A stretch of DNA of 64,000 bases, taken from NCBI GenBank assembly GCA_026026165.1, contig JAPEUD010000042.1, positions 62,001-126,000 of the forward strand. The letters run 5' to 3'. The DNA is from Sarea resinae. Lineage: Eukaryota. The notes under the pieces were generated by a model. The model was not told where the DNA came from and did no database searches. It saw only the letters and a program-made list of their open reading frames with translations. Positions 1 to 13,154 of this stretch are shown here, piece after piece (the first letter of the stretch is position 1; every line of letters starts with the position of its first letter). A program made the translations under genes and the position numbers.

Positions 1-340
1 TTACAAGTAAGCGTTAGAGACTCAAGTTCTAGCTTTTATTTGAGTATTACCTTAGTGGTCCAGTATAGACTAAGAGCTGGCTACTAGATATCGTATGGTA
101 TTGTAATATCTTCAGTTCCTATTATTGATTTTATCCTCCTTAATAGCATACAGAATTAATAGATGATTTCTGAGTCTAGAGTAGAGTCAAGTTAGATTTG
201 CTATGATGTTTTATTGTATGTATTAAATTGTGTTCTTTGTCTCTTTAAAGTGGTAGAAATAAATAGGTCGGTCTTCATTTGATCCAAGGAGTATTTTCGC
301 AGTTCAATGCTTTAATGTCTATAATCTCTATGAAGAATTT
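1..340. mobile_element. AT-rich, stop-riddled segment; possible RIP-degraded repeat/transposon relic (continues left of window)
   Basis: Visibly much more AT-rich than the rest of the window, with many TpA/TAG/TAA and no long ORF, then an abrupt switch to GC-rich sequence at ~350-400. This pattern is typical of RIP-mutated repeats in Pezizomycotina. No element family is recognisable. Confidence 0.35.
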
Positions 341-1616
341 ACTCATCTATCTCGACGATTCACAAGGACTGGAGGAGACGGGAAGAAAAGACAAGAAATG
401 GCGTGCTTCCACCGGGGCCAAGAGTCGTTTTCCGGAAAGGTTAAGCGGAGGGCCCAGGAAAATTTTCGCGGGGTCCCCCCAAACTGTGGGGGCCCGCGTC
501 GGTTTGGGTGTAGTCGACCTTCGAAGCTTCTTCGATTATTCGCGAACAGGGGGGTTACATGGGGCGACCCATGGGGCGACCATGGGGAGATGGCGGGGAA
601 GATCTCCCGTCCGTCTGTATGTCTGTCTGTCTGTTCTGTCCTCCTGACATGGGGCCTTGCTCCTGAGCCGTCCGCCGCAGGCCCGCAGCCAAGCCACATT
701 TTTTCACTACTTGCCTACCCTGCTTGAGCCGGCGACGACGTCCTTAAAGAGGATGCACCACCCTGTCGTTCGCGGGACGTTAATTTCAACTGCATTCCTT
801 CTTTTCTCTCCCGCTTTTCGTTTCGTGGTCGACGCGGTCGATTCTTGTGCGACGAAAGCGAGGTTTTCGTTGGAGGGATCGATATAGAGGAGTCGCATGC
901 TTCGGCCATAGTATGGGATGGAGCGTTTGTTTTTCCTGGGATTGACCATCGCCGCCTTTCTGCGATATTCGCTACAGTCGCCGCCATCGGAAGACCTGGC
1001 ATTTACCACAACGAACGGGCAGCAATCTGGTCCTTGCTCACCTCCTCGCATAACTCTCTGCCTGAGCCATGAGTCGAATCTCGCTGCGTCTGTATTCGCT
1101 CAACACCTTGTCGTCCTGGCGGCTAATCTATGGGCCCTGTCCGCCATCTCCGGCTTCATACCTCCTTGGCTGCGAATATCCGGAGACCGTCAGATGGATG
1201 ATCCGGGTAGAACAGGAGTAGTCGAGGAGCAAGAGTGGCGATGCCTTTTGAGGACTGGGAAGATAACAGAAGGCTGACACCGAGGCCACCACCAGGAGAC
1301 ATGCGTGGTGTATGTGAAAAACAATATTCGAGGGTGTTTTCGTATGGCTATTGAGAAGGACACAAGGCCGTTGAGGATACCAATTTCGTGACAGAGCTTT
1401 GGAGATGGAAAACGACAAGGTCGCGCTCACAAGGACTGATATGACCAGGATCGACTCGAATGAAACAAGCTTCCCGGCATGATATTGATGCAGGTGTCGA
1501 AGCACCTTGTTAAAAAGAGAAGGAAGACATTGGGGAAAATGGGACGGAGGTCCAACAAGGCTTGACGGAAGCCAAAGGTCGCCGGAATATACAGAGCTTT
1601 TTCGCATGTATCCGTC

Positions 1617-2177
1617 ATGTACCGCGCGCGTCGCATTGCCACGAGAGGTCCTCTGTTGGCCCCGCGATCATCTATGGATATTGGCATCGATACTGTTCAA
1701 TTAGTTGCAGTCAGTGCTCTGGGTGCATTGGGTATCAGTCGTCGAAGTTGGAAAGCCTTCTCAAATGATACAGCGGCGACCGTGGATCGGAGATGTCATT
1801 TGAAGCCATCTCCAGATTGAGGCCATCTCCAGATGCAACTCCACTGTTTCCAGGAAATGGGGGATACCGTGGAATCTTTATCTTCCGCAGTACTCAAGGC
1901 TGGATTTGAGGCTCCATATATTCTCCATATATTCCACGTGGAAGAAAGCAGGCCTAAAATGGCCGTGGATGGACTATTCCGTCACCGTCACACCGATAAG
2001 CTTCATCATTACCTGGTTCGGACCATGGTGCATGAGCTGGTTTGGAATCGAGTATTCCCCTCACATCTTGCTAAGACAGAAATCGCTAGACGCATTACAT
2101 TCGAAGCTGACACAGGAAACTGTTACATGACAGTATCTGAATTGCATAGTTTTGACTACTTTGCAGAGAGCGTGTGA
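1617..2177 (+). pseudogene. Possible gene relic of unknown family
   Basis: ORFs 1617-1820 and 1833-2177 share a frame and are separated by a single TGA. The second has a protein-like composition (HYLVRTMVHELVWNRVFPSHL...). No domain recognised. Confidence 0.2.
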
Positions 2178-5100
2178 AGAAGCTTGTCAACGAGCAATTC
2201 GCTTTGTCTTCTCATCACTTGGACAAATCATCTCTTCTACCGGTCTCGACTAGCTATGAGTCCTCAACAACCATGGCCTTTTCTTCTCTTTGGACATGAA
2301 CGCAGGATGAAATGCCAGGTCGATGATCTGCGCTGACGCTGTCACGAGCGGCATAAATTGCATAGAGACTCTCGGCATCCTCATCCGTCTAGTGTCTACT
2401 TCATACCCACAACGAACATAACGATCAGCGTATAACGAGTCACCCCCCCTTACCGCAGTTACAGGGTCTCTGACCAACAGGCATGCTGAACTCTTCCGTG
2501 CGGGGTCTAAGTATCTCCCACTGTATGAAGTAGAGTACTCTACGCTTCGACCTGCCTTTGATTCTAGTAGGCCTGCCAAAGAGGTCCTCGGCCCTTCTCA
2601 CGAGTGAACAGTTGACCCGTCCACAGATAGCAAGAACCAGAGAGCCGATCGTCTTACCGATCTACCCCTGACAGGACCACAATCGACAAGTACAATCCGG
2701 CCTGGCAATCATAATCTGCTGGCTTTTGCTAACTTGACGAATCGGGAAATATAGAGAGAGGTTTCAGACATAGGTCGTCGAAAATGATCAGACCGGACTT
2801 ATCAAACCATATCAAACAGCAGTTGCTGGTTTTTGTACTTCCGAATCTGAAGGGTCTGGGCCGAGCAGAATATTTTCCACGAGAGCAGTAATGATCATCG
2901 TGGTACGAGACCATACCATGGGTCCCCGACGGCCTCCACCTCGTTAGAAGCGAAGCACTGTCAATCTCCGGACCCATTTATTCTCCAAAGCTGACAAGCT
3001 ATGGGGCCGTTCTGGAATTCCTACAGAAAACCGAAGTTACGCTGCTACTGTACCAGGATGCTAACCATATGAACGGGAATACTCCTCCACAGAAGCGATG
3101 GCCTGGTGGTGCGACGAGATCTTCGCTTTCTTTCCCTTCTTTGGCAGATTTAGCCTGACCGTCCGACCGATGTTACTTTGGCACAGCTACCGATCAACTG
3201 GCCGGCTCTGGCCACGGCGATTTCCTTATGCTGGAGTTACTGATCATCCGACGAGGATATGATTGTACGAGAGCGCCATGGTGGGGTCTTGGGGTACCGC
3301 CGCGCGAGAGACACCTGTCAAGGACCCTCGGCGTACTCCATGGTTCGATATGCGGAGTGGAGGACTGTTTGGTGGTTCGCGACATACTCAGGCAATACCA
3401 GCATTCACAAAGCAGCGCTCACCTTCATGAGATCGTGGAGTTTGCGATCGTCCCAGAGAGCAGACACTTCAGCGGGGGCATATTCTGAGTGCTCTCCTCT
3501 ACAGACAGCATCGAGCTCTCGGGCGGAATGCCGATCTGCAATTGAGATATATGGAGCACAGAAAGCTTGGCCATAGAACATATGACCCGCATGACTGATA
3601 CAGATGCTGGAAAGAACAAGACGTTGATCTACACAGTAAGGAGGATCTCGAAGACGGGGGCACGCGGGGGTTCCGGGACAAAGACTGCGTTCTTTTCGTC
3701 TCCCCCACCAGCTGATCGCCTTCGTGAAGACCTTTCTCGCCAACATCATGGAGGGAGCAAATCATCCCAACGGAGGAACCACCTCAGACCGTTTGCCGCC
3801 GAACCAAGACCACCATGCACGGGTCTGAAGATCTTTGCAGACCATTGGTGAAGCTGCGACTTTATTTTAGGCAAAATTGCTAACGATACCTTTATTCTTT
3901 CCTTCTCGAAGCTTGAATCGATTATTTTGGCGGCGACGGCGGCGACGGCGGCGACGACGGCGGTGGACACGGCAGTAGGTTTTGTGGGTCGCGGTGGAAG
4001 GGCAATTGGCCATTAACGTAACTTCTGGATAGCTGTAGATCCATCGACGAGAGCCAGATCACAAGAGGATGGATGGGTGCGCGATATTATTACTGATAGG
4101 AACTGATCTGATAGATTTCTGATTGGCAAGTACATAAGGGCGTCGCCATTTGCACTAGCAGTTCCGTGATCCACAGGGAGGGCCGACGTTTATCCATGCA
4201 GAAAGAGGTCGATTCATGGTTGAAAATGGAATGATCTGATGGCCAAGGCGTCGTCGCTTGGGGTTAGGGCTCGGGGCCAATGCAGTAAGGTAGGTATGCA
4301 GTACAGGGGAGCCGTTGAGGTTGACGTCGACCGTGGTTGAGATCATGGGTCCATGCCGGTTAGGCTGCCCGAAGTGGTAAGGCAGGTGACCGCGAAAGGA
4401 AACAGGCGAGGGAATAGGTAATAAGGAGGCCGTCACTGTTGCAGTGCATGAGTACATGGTGCAGGCGTACAGTACTCGACAGTTACACGGATGAGCGCTT
4501 TCCGCCCCAAGGTCGCTAAGTCTCTTTCGAGTCTCGCTCAGCTCGACTCATACGAAGGCAAGGTACTCCGAGTGTACTACAGTACTACGACTGCCTACAG
4601 GTATGCATTCGATGTGTCACGGTGGTGTCGACGGGCACCATGCAGCGCCACCATGCAGCCAATCTCGAACCCTTCCTCGGATGATCCGATGGCTTCCTCG
4701 AACTTCTTCGCGCGCTCGATTACGAAGTGATACCTGAGCTGTCGCCTAAGGGACCGGGATAGTACCTAGAGGAGTAGGGTTCTCTCTTCAACATCCGGTC
4801 CTGAGGTACTAGCCGTCTACCGAGACAGGGATCCCGGCCCGAATCAGGGACGAAAATATCGACGACTTGACCGTCTTCGTGATTAGACAGTCGATAAGTC
4901 ATGCACTGTCATGCAGGGCGGTCAGTCAGCACTGGAGCGGATCAATGTCTGGCATGACTGTATGGTGGCAGGTAGTGGCCGTATCATTTCCATTCCGGAT
5001 AAACATGCCGTTAATCGATCTGAAGTGCCATGGATCACCATCACCATCACTATCACCATCACCATCATTGTCATCAGGGCAGGAAGAATGCTGCACTGAC

Positions 5101-7173
5101 CAGGCTAGGTACCTGGGCTCCCTGAGCTACGTGCTCCCTGCCGACCAGCCATGCTCGGGAAGCACCATCCATCTGAGCAAGAAGAGACCGAGCAGGAAAG
5201 CACCTCAGACCACCGTGACCACCGTTTGGATGCATGTTTCTCAACGTCCGACGGAGAAGCGTAGCAAAGGCCGAAGCCATTCGCAGATACGAGCGATGGT
5301 GTTCCATCTGCAAATTGGATATCGCTTGATGCTAAAGGTGACTACGCAGAGAATTACATCGGACGAGCGACCGGCTGATTTCATTTACGATGATGACTCG
5401 GATGCGCCTTGTGAGTCGGTTATCTTACCAATCCACCCCGTCTACGAAGGGTGAGCACCGTACTGTACTCCGAGTACGCCATGGATCCGTGGATGCTGGG
5501 AGGCTTTTGCTTGAAGAGAGAGGGAGAGGGAGTACTCCGGCGTACGAGGTACATCATACTATGGCAGTACTCTACGCAGTACAGCCGTACACCTCACCTA
5601 GAGAGAGAGGACGTGCGTTTCCTCCGTAGTAGTCCTGCAGAGTACTCGGTCGTACCTTGGAGCCTCAACGTGCGCGTCCGAATACATACAGTAGTACAGT
5701 AAGGTATCCATCCAATCCATTCCATCCATGTCCTTGCATCGCGCACGCACTTGGGCTATCATGCAGCCACCAACATCCTTGCTGGACCCTCTTTCTCGAC
5801 GCCCCTAGAGGATGATTTTCCCTCGTAGCGGGATTACGTCGGCGGCATTTCTCTTGCGTCGTCCAAAAAACTCTACGATGAGTACTATCGACGACGGTAC
5901 GGCCAATCATGATCGGCATCGGTATCACCAAAGTACCTGCTGATAGAGTATGATGTGCGGGAGTACCGCGACGGTTCGAGCTCTGCGTACATGCGTCTGG
6001 TCGGCAGAGCAGGTCGGTCATTACGCGCTCAAGGTCACCGCATGTATGACTCGAGACGGTCTACTTTTCAACGACCATGGCCGTCAGCACGTACTTGGTA
6101 CCACTCGCTCTTCCCTCGCGAGGAGCAGAGAGGCGAGCTGGAGGAGCGTACTGGAGTCCCATGGGCTCGAAAACGCGAAGAATCGCCATTTGGAAGATGA
6201 TCGATGTCGATCGAGTAGACAAGGCCCAAGGTACCCGACCTTGCCTTCAAGGTTGCTCGAGTCGGGGACTACGTTAGTACGCAGTACTGGTGATGGACGG
6301 TGGATGGCGTACCATTCGACATCGGTCAAATGCTGCTATTCCAGTAAAGTACTGTGTTGTACGAGGGCAGGCATTACGAGTACGTAGTGCAGTATCAAAG
6401 GAGATACACGCATGATCGCCTTGCTTGCACCCGTTTCCCTGCTGCATACCTTACCTTAGGTAGGGCCATGTGTCCGGATGAATTGAACCATGTACAGGAC
6501 TCCGTACTGCTCGATGAGGTTCGAGGGTTCGAGGGTTTGAGGCATTGGATGCGCTGCCAATGCCATTCTCCCGAACACACACGGTACCCTGACCTTACTC
6601 TCGCCGCCGCCGTCGTCGTCGTCTTCGTCGTAGTCTCCGGAGGCTTTCTACCCGCTCGACTGGCCCCAACTTGGAAGCACCGGCCACCGGTCTTCGACGT
6701 TCTGCTCGTGCTCGACTCGTCCTGAGTAATGTAGGCCGGGGTCCTCGTACTATCAACTACCGGAGATGCGTACGGCGACGATCCGATGTCATGCTATCCC
6801 TCTTCCCTACCGTACCTGCTAACTTGCCTTGCCTTGCCTTGCCTGGCCTTACTGCTCGACTACGGACTTGCTCGACAACTCGTTACTCGGACTGCCGACT
6901 AGTCTGACCTGAAAATTCTTACCTACTACTCTACCTTACTACCACCACCACCACCACCGCCGTCTCACCTACGGCCCTGACTCTACCCTCCCTTAGGTAA
7001 CTCCATCTAGATGGCCCTCCGCCGTCCATGGAACATGTCAACCTCGCTCCGCCTAGGGCTACCGGGCTCCTGGGCTACCGACTAAATCCATCCCATCGAT
7101 GATCACAACACACAAACGCGCGAAATTAGCAAATCATGGAGCTCGCCCATGGGCAGACGTCTCTCACCCTCAC

Positions 7174-7300
7174 GCGGAGCTCCGCTCATCCCGGGATTCT
7201 CTGCCCACAATCTCCTCAGGTCTCGCGACTCCAAGAGTTTTTCCCTGGTGCCCCAGACTCTTCTCGCGTGGCTGGAGTGCGGGCGTCTGGAGTACATAAA
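7174..7300 (+). promoter_or_regulatory. Cluster of CreA/Mig1-type SYGGRG sites upstream of the hexose transporter
   Basis: GCGGAG 7174 and CTCCGC 7180 (palindrome GCGGAGCTCCGC), CCCCAG 7251, CTGGAG 7272 and CTGGAG 7287, followed by TATA-like TACATAAA at 7293. All lie ~150-280 nt upstream of ATG 7451. Confidence 0.5.
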
Positions 7301-7450
7301 CTTGGGGATGTTCCTGCTATCCAACCTCTTCTGTTCACCAGCAAACGATTAACAACAAACTCATATGCCTATTGGCCTCCTACTCAATCTCAATAGTCTC
7401 TGACTTTCCTCTCCCCCTCCCTCCATACCTCCCACTCCTCAAACTTCGAG

Positions 7451-9264
7451 ATGGGTTTCCTATCCAACATAACCCATCGCAAAGAATCGGTGACGGCCTC
7501 ACCACAATCCGAGGTGACGGACCCCGAAAAACATGGCGCCGATGAAGACAACACTCCGGTCAAGTTCCTCACACTGAGGACCTTCTTCATGGGTGTCTTG
7601 GTTTCCATGGGTGGCTTCATCTTCGGTTATGATACTGGTATATCAACACTAGCCCAGCAAGTCAACAAACCACGAGAAGCTAACCACCTGCCTAGGTTCC
7701 ATTTCTGGGTATCTCTTGATGAAAGATTTCATGCGCCGTTTCGCTGAATATAACGAACATACCCACGAATATTACTTTACCAATGTCCGCAAGGGTGTCA
7801 TCGTCGGTCTGGTAAGAGATTCTGATATCGAGCTCGCTCTGTCCAAGATCTAACCTGTACTAGCTCTCTGTCGGTACTTTGATCGGATCTCTCGTCTCAG
7901 CTCCTCTCGCAGATCGATTTGGCCGGAAATGGTCCATCTGTGGCTGGGTTGTCATCTATTGCGTTGGTGTCGTCGTTCAAATCTCATCTGAGCACCACTG
8001 GTACCAAGTCCCCATTGGACGTATGGTCGCTGGTTTCGGTGTCGGCGCTCTTTCAGTCCTGGTGCCCATGTACCAGAGCGAGTCTGCTCCTCGTCACGTC
8101 CGCGGCGCCCTCGTCAGCTGCTTCCAATTGTTCGTCACGCTCGGTATCTTCGTCGCCTACTGCATCGACTATGGTACAGAGACCAAGGACAATGCATCTT
8201 CTTGGCGAATTCCTATGGGCTGCGGCTACATCTGGGCTTGTATCCTAGGCTTCGGTATCATCCTCTTCCCCGAGTCCCCACGTTACGCCTACAGGAAGGG
8301 AGATATCGAAGGAGCGCGTCGGACCATGGCCCGACTCTATGGTGTTGACATTCATCATCGCGAAATCGAAGCCGAAATGAAGGAGATCAAAGATAAGCTC
8401 GATGCTGAACGCGCTGGAGGCGACCGTCCATGGCACGAATTCTTCACCGGGCCCGCCATGATGTACAGAACTCTCCTCGGTATCGCTCTTCAGATGTTCC
8501 AGCAATTGACTGGCGCCAACTTCTTCTTCTACTATGGAGCGACCATCTTCCAAGCTACCGGTCTAAACAACAGCTACGTCACGCAAATGATCTTGGGCGC
8601 TGTCAACTTCGGAACCACCTTTGGCGGTCTATATGTTGTTGAGAAATTCGGTCGTCGCAAGGCTCTCATTGTCGGCGGCGCGTGGATGTTCATCTGCCTG
8701 ATTATCTTCGCCTCTATCGGTCACTTCGCGCTCGACCTGAATCATCCACAAAGTACACCCAAGACTGGCTCTGCTATGATCGTCTTCGCCTGTCTATTCA
8801 TCTGTGGTTATGCTATGACCTGGGGTCCAATCATCTGGGCTATCATCGGCGAGCTCTACCCATCCCAATACCGAGCCAAGTGCATGTCTATCGCCACCGC
8901 TTCCAATTGGCTCTGGAATTTCCTGATCGCCTTTTTCACACCATTCATCACCTCGGCCATTGACTACCGATATGGTTACGTCTTCGCCGGCGCCACATTC
9001 GCTGCGATCTGCACCGTCTTCTTCTTTGTCCAGGAGGGCAAGGGCAAGACCCTCGAGGAGATTGACACCATGTACATCACTGGTGTTCCGGCCTGGAAGA
9101 GTGAATCGTGGGTCCCACCACCAGCCGACGAGCTCGTCACCACCGACCGAATCTCCGCCGACATGGGTGGCTTCAGCACCTTTAAGAAGGTCAAGGAGTC
9201 TGGCAATGCTGGCACGGCTGATCACACCGCCGAAGCGGGTGAAGGTGCTACTGTTGAGGCATAG
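7451..9264 (+). CDS. MFS sugar porter (HXT-like hexose transporter); exons 7451-7637, 7696-7811, 7864-9264
   Basis: Motifs GGFIFGYDTG, DRFGRK, ESAPRHVRG, PESPR, QQLTGANFFFYYG, VEKFGRR, WGPIIW and EGKGKTLEEID. Both introns are GT..AG with CTAAC branch points and splice in frame. Confidence 0.95.
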
Positions 9265-10985
9265 AGCGTCATCATAAGATGGATTATCTAATGAAATGCC
9301 ATACTTTCTTTTGTCTACTTTTTCTTCAGTATTACTACTGCATGCATGGGGGCGCGTTTTGAGAGAAAAACATAGATGGGACCACAACCAAGCCTACTAA
9401 TGGGCTTTCTGGAGGGCATCTGGGAGGTGTTGAAACATAGATAGCAACATGATGTTTTAATAACGATCACATAGAGGACTCGAAGCTACCAAGTCATTCG
9501 CTGCTACAATCTCCTTAATCATGTTTTTGACTTTCTGTGAATGTGAATGGAGCATTTCGTTGCTTTCAACATGCCGGCATTTCGACACGGTGAGAGCCTT
9601 TCTCTCTAGAACATCTCTCCTCCTTGTCTTCCGACCCCGCCATTCTGGGGGCTCGATGGGCTAGACAACCTGGAGTCTGAAAACTTCCCCCGTCTTCTTC
9701 TTCTTCTCCAGTATGGGGCTCATCATCATGGGGGCCAGGCGGGGAGGGGGGGAGGGGGAGAAACTCCACGCTCCATTTCCCGACATACGTATCTCATCTC
9801 ACCCACCAGTAGATTTCCTTTCGTGCTCCCTTCCCTCGCACCCACTTTTCTCCATGGCTGCATGCATACATACATACATACATACCTGCACGCACGTAGT
9901 CTCCACCCGACGGGATAGAGTGGGAAAGCGACCGCGAATACCGACTCGCGATGCGAAGTACATCCGCACCGCAGGCACCAGTGGCGGCGAGGGCGAGGGC
10001 CAGGGCGAGGGCACAGGCGAAGGCGAGCCCGAACCGTGGTGGCGAAGATCACGATCACACACGGTACCTACCTTACGTGTGTGTACTCGGCAATAGTAGT
10101 GATGAGTGGTGTTGTTTTTCGACTTCTGTCTTGTTTGTTTATTCCCGGGCCAGTCCCAGTTCGGGGTACATACTCTCAGCAGAACCCCCCCCCCCGGCTC
10201 CCCGGCCGGTCCATGCATGTTCCAAGGCGTGGCGTGGTGTGGCCTGGGTTTTGCTTGCCAGGGTCGGTGGAGGTCGTTTGGACCGGTCGGGTACGAGTAC
10301 GGATGGGAATGGGAATGGGGGCGTGACCTTTCGGCGACGGGGCAGGGGGGGGTTCCTGACGGGGCGCGAAGGGGGCCGATGGTAGTGGATGCGGGTACGA
10401 CGCTCGGCATGTACCGGCGTACGAAGTCATGTACCTTCGGAGAGCACGAGTAGAGTACATTACGACTCGGGGTACGGGCTGGGCTGGTGATTTCCTGAGT
10501 ACTATGGTACGACGGCAAAGTTCACAAGGTCTGGTGCTTTGGCATCGAAAGACTGCCTTAGGTAAGGCGGTGCATTACTCAGACTGGTGCTGCGCAGTAA
10601 GCTAAGGTGTACGGAAGAGAGTAAGTAATTTCGTATCGAAGTTACCTTGGTGTGGCGTTCCCCTCCATGTCTGGAGGCTGGTGGATGACTGTGGCTAGGT
10701 ATAGCAAGCGAGTAGCTACTACGTAGGAGATGGATTATGTAAGCTGGCGATGATGCTGTGAGAGATACTGTAGGTAGGTAGATTGCAGTACTACTCTACA
10801 GATGTGTGATGTAGGCCCGGTGTAAGGTTGGTCGGGAGTCAAGATCCATTCGGTCGTCGAGGTACTGCGCATCAAACTGATTTTGGTCCTACATAATGAC
10901 ACACCGTCCTCGAGCTGCGATTCTCAGACCGTGAACCCCGCCACCCCCCGCACCGCCCTGGCCGGGCAGTCATTCCCTCGCCATC

Positions 10986-12581
10986 ATGTCCATCTCCGCC
11001 TGGGCTCTGCCCCAGCTTGCGCGGCTGCTGCCAATAGACGACGACTCCCTCAAACAAATCATCGAGTACACGCTCACGCTCCCCAAAGATGCCGCCGCCG
11101 AGCATCTGAAGAATCTCTTGGGCGATGGGCCTGGAGCGCTGGAATTCATCGCCTCTTTCAATTCGCGGAGGGAGGACCCGGCTTCATCGGTGAGACCGCC
11201 AGCGACCTCGCGACAGCCGCTAGCCGAGCCGCCAGAGCCCTCTCGCAAGCCGCGACATCGTCAGAAGAAGCCGTTGAATCAATACCAAGCGCCCCGACGG
11301 GCGAACGAAGGCACAAGCTTTGGAGATGTCTCGGGCGGATATATCAAGAAGGATGAAGATGACTACATGGCTGCGAAGCCGAAGGAATTGTCTACCGCCG
11401 ACATGCTAGCTCTGTCGGGTACTCCAGATGCAAGACAATTGCCCATTCCCAAATCCTCTGCCTCTTCTCGCCAACCGTCTCCCAAACTGCCCCCTTCCTC
11501 GGCAGGTACACTCATTTCCGACATGCATTCATCTCGCTCCTCGTCTCCGGCCTCCAAGTCGAAGACCAAGATCAATATCTCTGGAGGGACCTCGATGCAT
11601 GGTCAGTCTTCCACCATCGATGATCTGGACTCCGCGATCCGCGCTCTAGAGATTCAGACGAATCCAACACTATCGGACCCCAAGGACAATGCAAGACGGC
11701 GCTGCAATTGCATGGCTACCCGACATCCGCTCTTGGCTGCAGCCCCAAATTGTCTCAATTGTGGCAAGGTCATCTGCGTCAAGGAAGGTTTAGCGCCATG
11801 TACGTTTTGCGGGAAGCCACTCCTCTCTGCCGGCGAGATACAGTCCATGGTCCGGACGCTACGGGATGAAAGAGGAAAAGAAAGGATGGAAGTGAACAAT
11901 GCGTCGTACAAACGGGCCGAAGTCTCCAAGACTCCTCGAGCCTTTGCCAGTCAATCACCCGCCACCTCGGCACCTTCTTCCGACACCGAGTCCGAGAAGC
12001 TCGCCGCGGCTAAGCAGCATCGAGATAAGCTCTTGGGTTTCCAGGCACAAAATGCACGGCGCACTCACATCATCGATGAGGCGGCCGACTTCGAGACTCC
12101 GACTTCCGGGCAGTCCATGTGGGCCACGCCGCAGGAGCGGGCTCTGCAGCTGAAGAAACAGCAGAAGGTGCTCAGGGAGCAGGAATGGAATGCGCGGCCT
12201 GAGTATGAGAAACGCCGAGTAGTCGTATCTGTGGACCTGGTGGGAGGGAAAGTCGTGAAAAGGATGGGCGAGGTGGAAAGGCCTGGGGAAACGGATGCTA
12301 ACGACGATGACGAAGTGGGGGAGGTCATCGCGGAGCAACCGTCCGCGAAGGATTCTAGTGGCGCATTCAGTCGCAATCCTCTCCTCGGGTCGTTGATCAG
12401 GCCAGTGTATAAAGGAAAGGGAAAAGAGAACGCCCAGCCGGAAGAGGAAAGTCAGAGGAGTACCTGGCGACGGGTGCAGGATGAAAATGATGATAACGAG
12501 CAGTGGATCCTTGATGGGGGTGTCTATGGTGGGGATACAGAGAATAGGATCCTGGGGACTGAGGAGCATGCGCAGGGATGA
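10986..12581 (+). CDS. RQT4: C2HC5 zinc-finger protein, ASC-1/TRIP4/Rqt4 (ribosome quality control trigger) homologue
   Basis: CNCMATRHPLLAAAPNCLNCGKVICVKEGLAPCTFCG (zf-C2HC5), followed by AKQHRDKLLGF...RTHIIDEAADF. Single 531-aa ORF. Confidence 0.85.
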   Translation: MSISAWALPQLARLLPIDDDSLKQIIEYTLTLPKDAAAEHLKNLLGDGPGALEFIASFNSRREDPASSVRPPATSRQPLAEPPEPSRKPRHRQKKPLNQYQAPRRANEGTSFGDVSGGYIKKDEDDYMAAKPKELSTADMLALSGTPDARQLPIPKSSASSRQPSPKLPPSSAGTLISDMHSSRSSSPASKSKTKINISGGTSMHGQSSTIDDLDSAIRALEIQTNPTLSDPKDNARRRCNCMATRHPLLAAAPNCLNCGKVICVKEGLAPCTFCGKPLLSAGEIQSMVRTLRDERGKERMEVNNASYKRAEVSKTPRAFASQSPATSAPSSDTESEKLAAAKQHRDKLLGFQAQNARRTHIIDEAADFETPTSGQSMWATPQERALQLKKQQKVLREQEWNARPEYEKRRVVVSVDLVGGKVVKRMGEVERPGETDANDDDEVGEVIAEQPSAKDSSGAFSRNPLLGSLIRPVYKGKGKENAQPEEESQRSTWRRVQDENDDNEQWILDGGVYGGDTENRILGTEEHAQG

Positions 12582-13154
12582 CAGTGAATCATGCTGGAGC
12601 GTCCATCCACATTTGGCATTTGTTCAAGGCGTCTATAAAGAGATGTACTATCAGACTCATCGGAAGGCGAAATGTCTTGTGTTTATTACCAAGCACGAGG
12701 ATTTGGATATCCACCCATCTGCCATTGTTGAGCGGACCGAGGGCTATGAAACAATCAGATCAGATTAGATACGATTAGATGAATCAATGATAATCGACAT
12801 CTGCAGCTGCAGGAACTAGAGAGTCTCGCTTCTAATTCGTCCCTGAATTTAGGACGACAGCGGAAGAGGTACTTGATATTAAAGTATTCTGTCCACCACA
12901 CAGTGCGGGCAAGATACTAGAGCCCAAGTACATCGAATCATCCTCGTATCAGCTGCATTGGGATTTGGAGGGAGAGGACACAGTGGTCGGTCTCGTTCGT
13001 CGTTGTCTTTGCGTCGTGATTGCTGCTCGTCCACTTGCCGCACTCATCACCAGCTTCTCATTCTGAACCAGAGATCTCCTGTCTTCTCCTCTTCGGCCTC
13101 TTCACCATCTCTACCTGATCTCACTACAGACAACAGTCTCTTCTCCGAGGAACC

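Noticed and set aside
4261..4269. GGGTTAGGG (minus strand CCCTAACCC): possible telomerase RNA template near a TERT locus
   Set aside because: A 9-nt permutation of the telomere repeat is expected by chance in 64 kb. I saw no pseudoknot or CR4/5 context, and no TAACCCTAA template in the window. An Infernal search with a fungal TER model would settle it.
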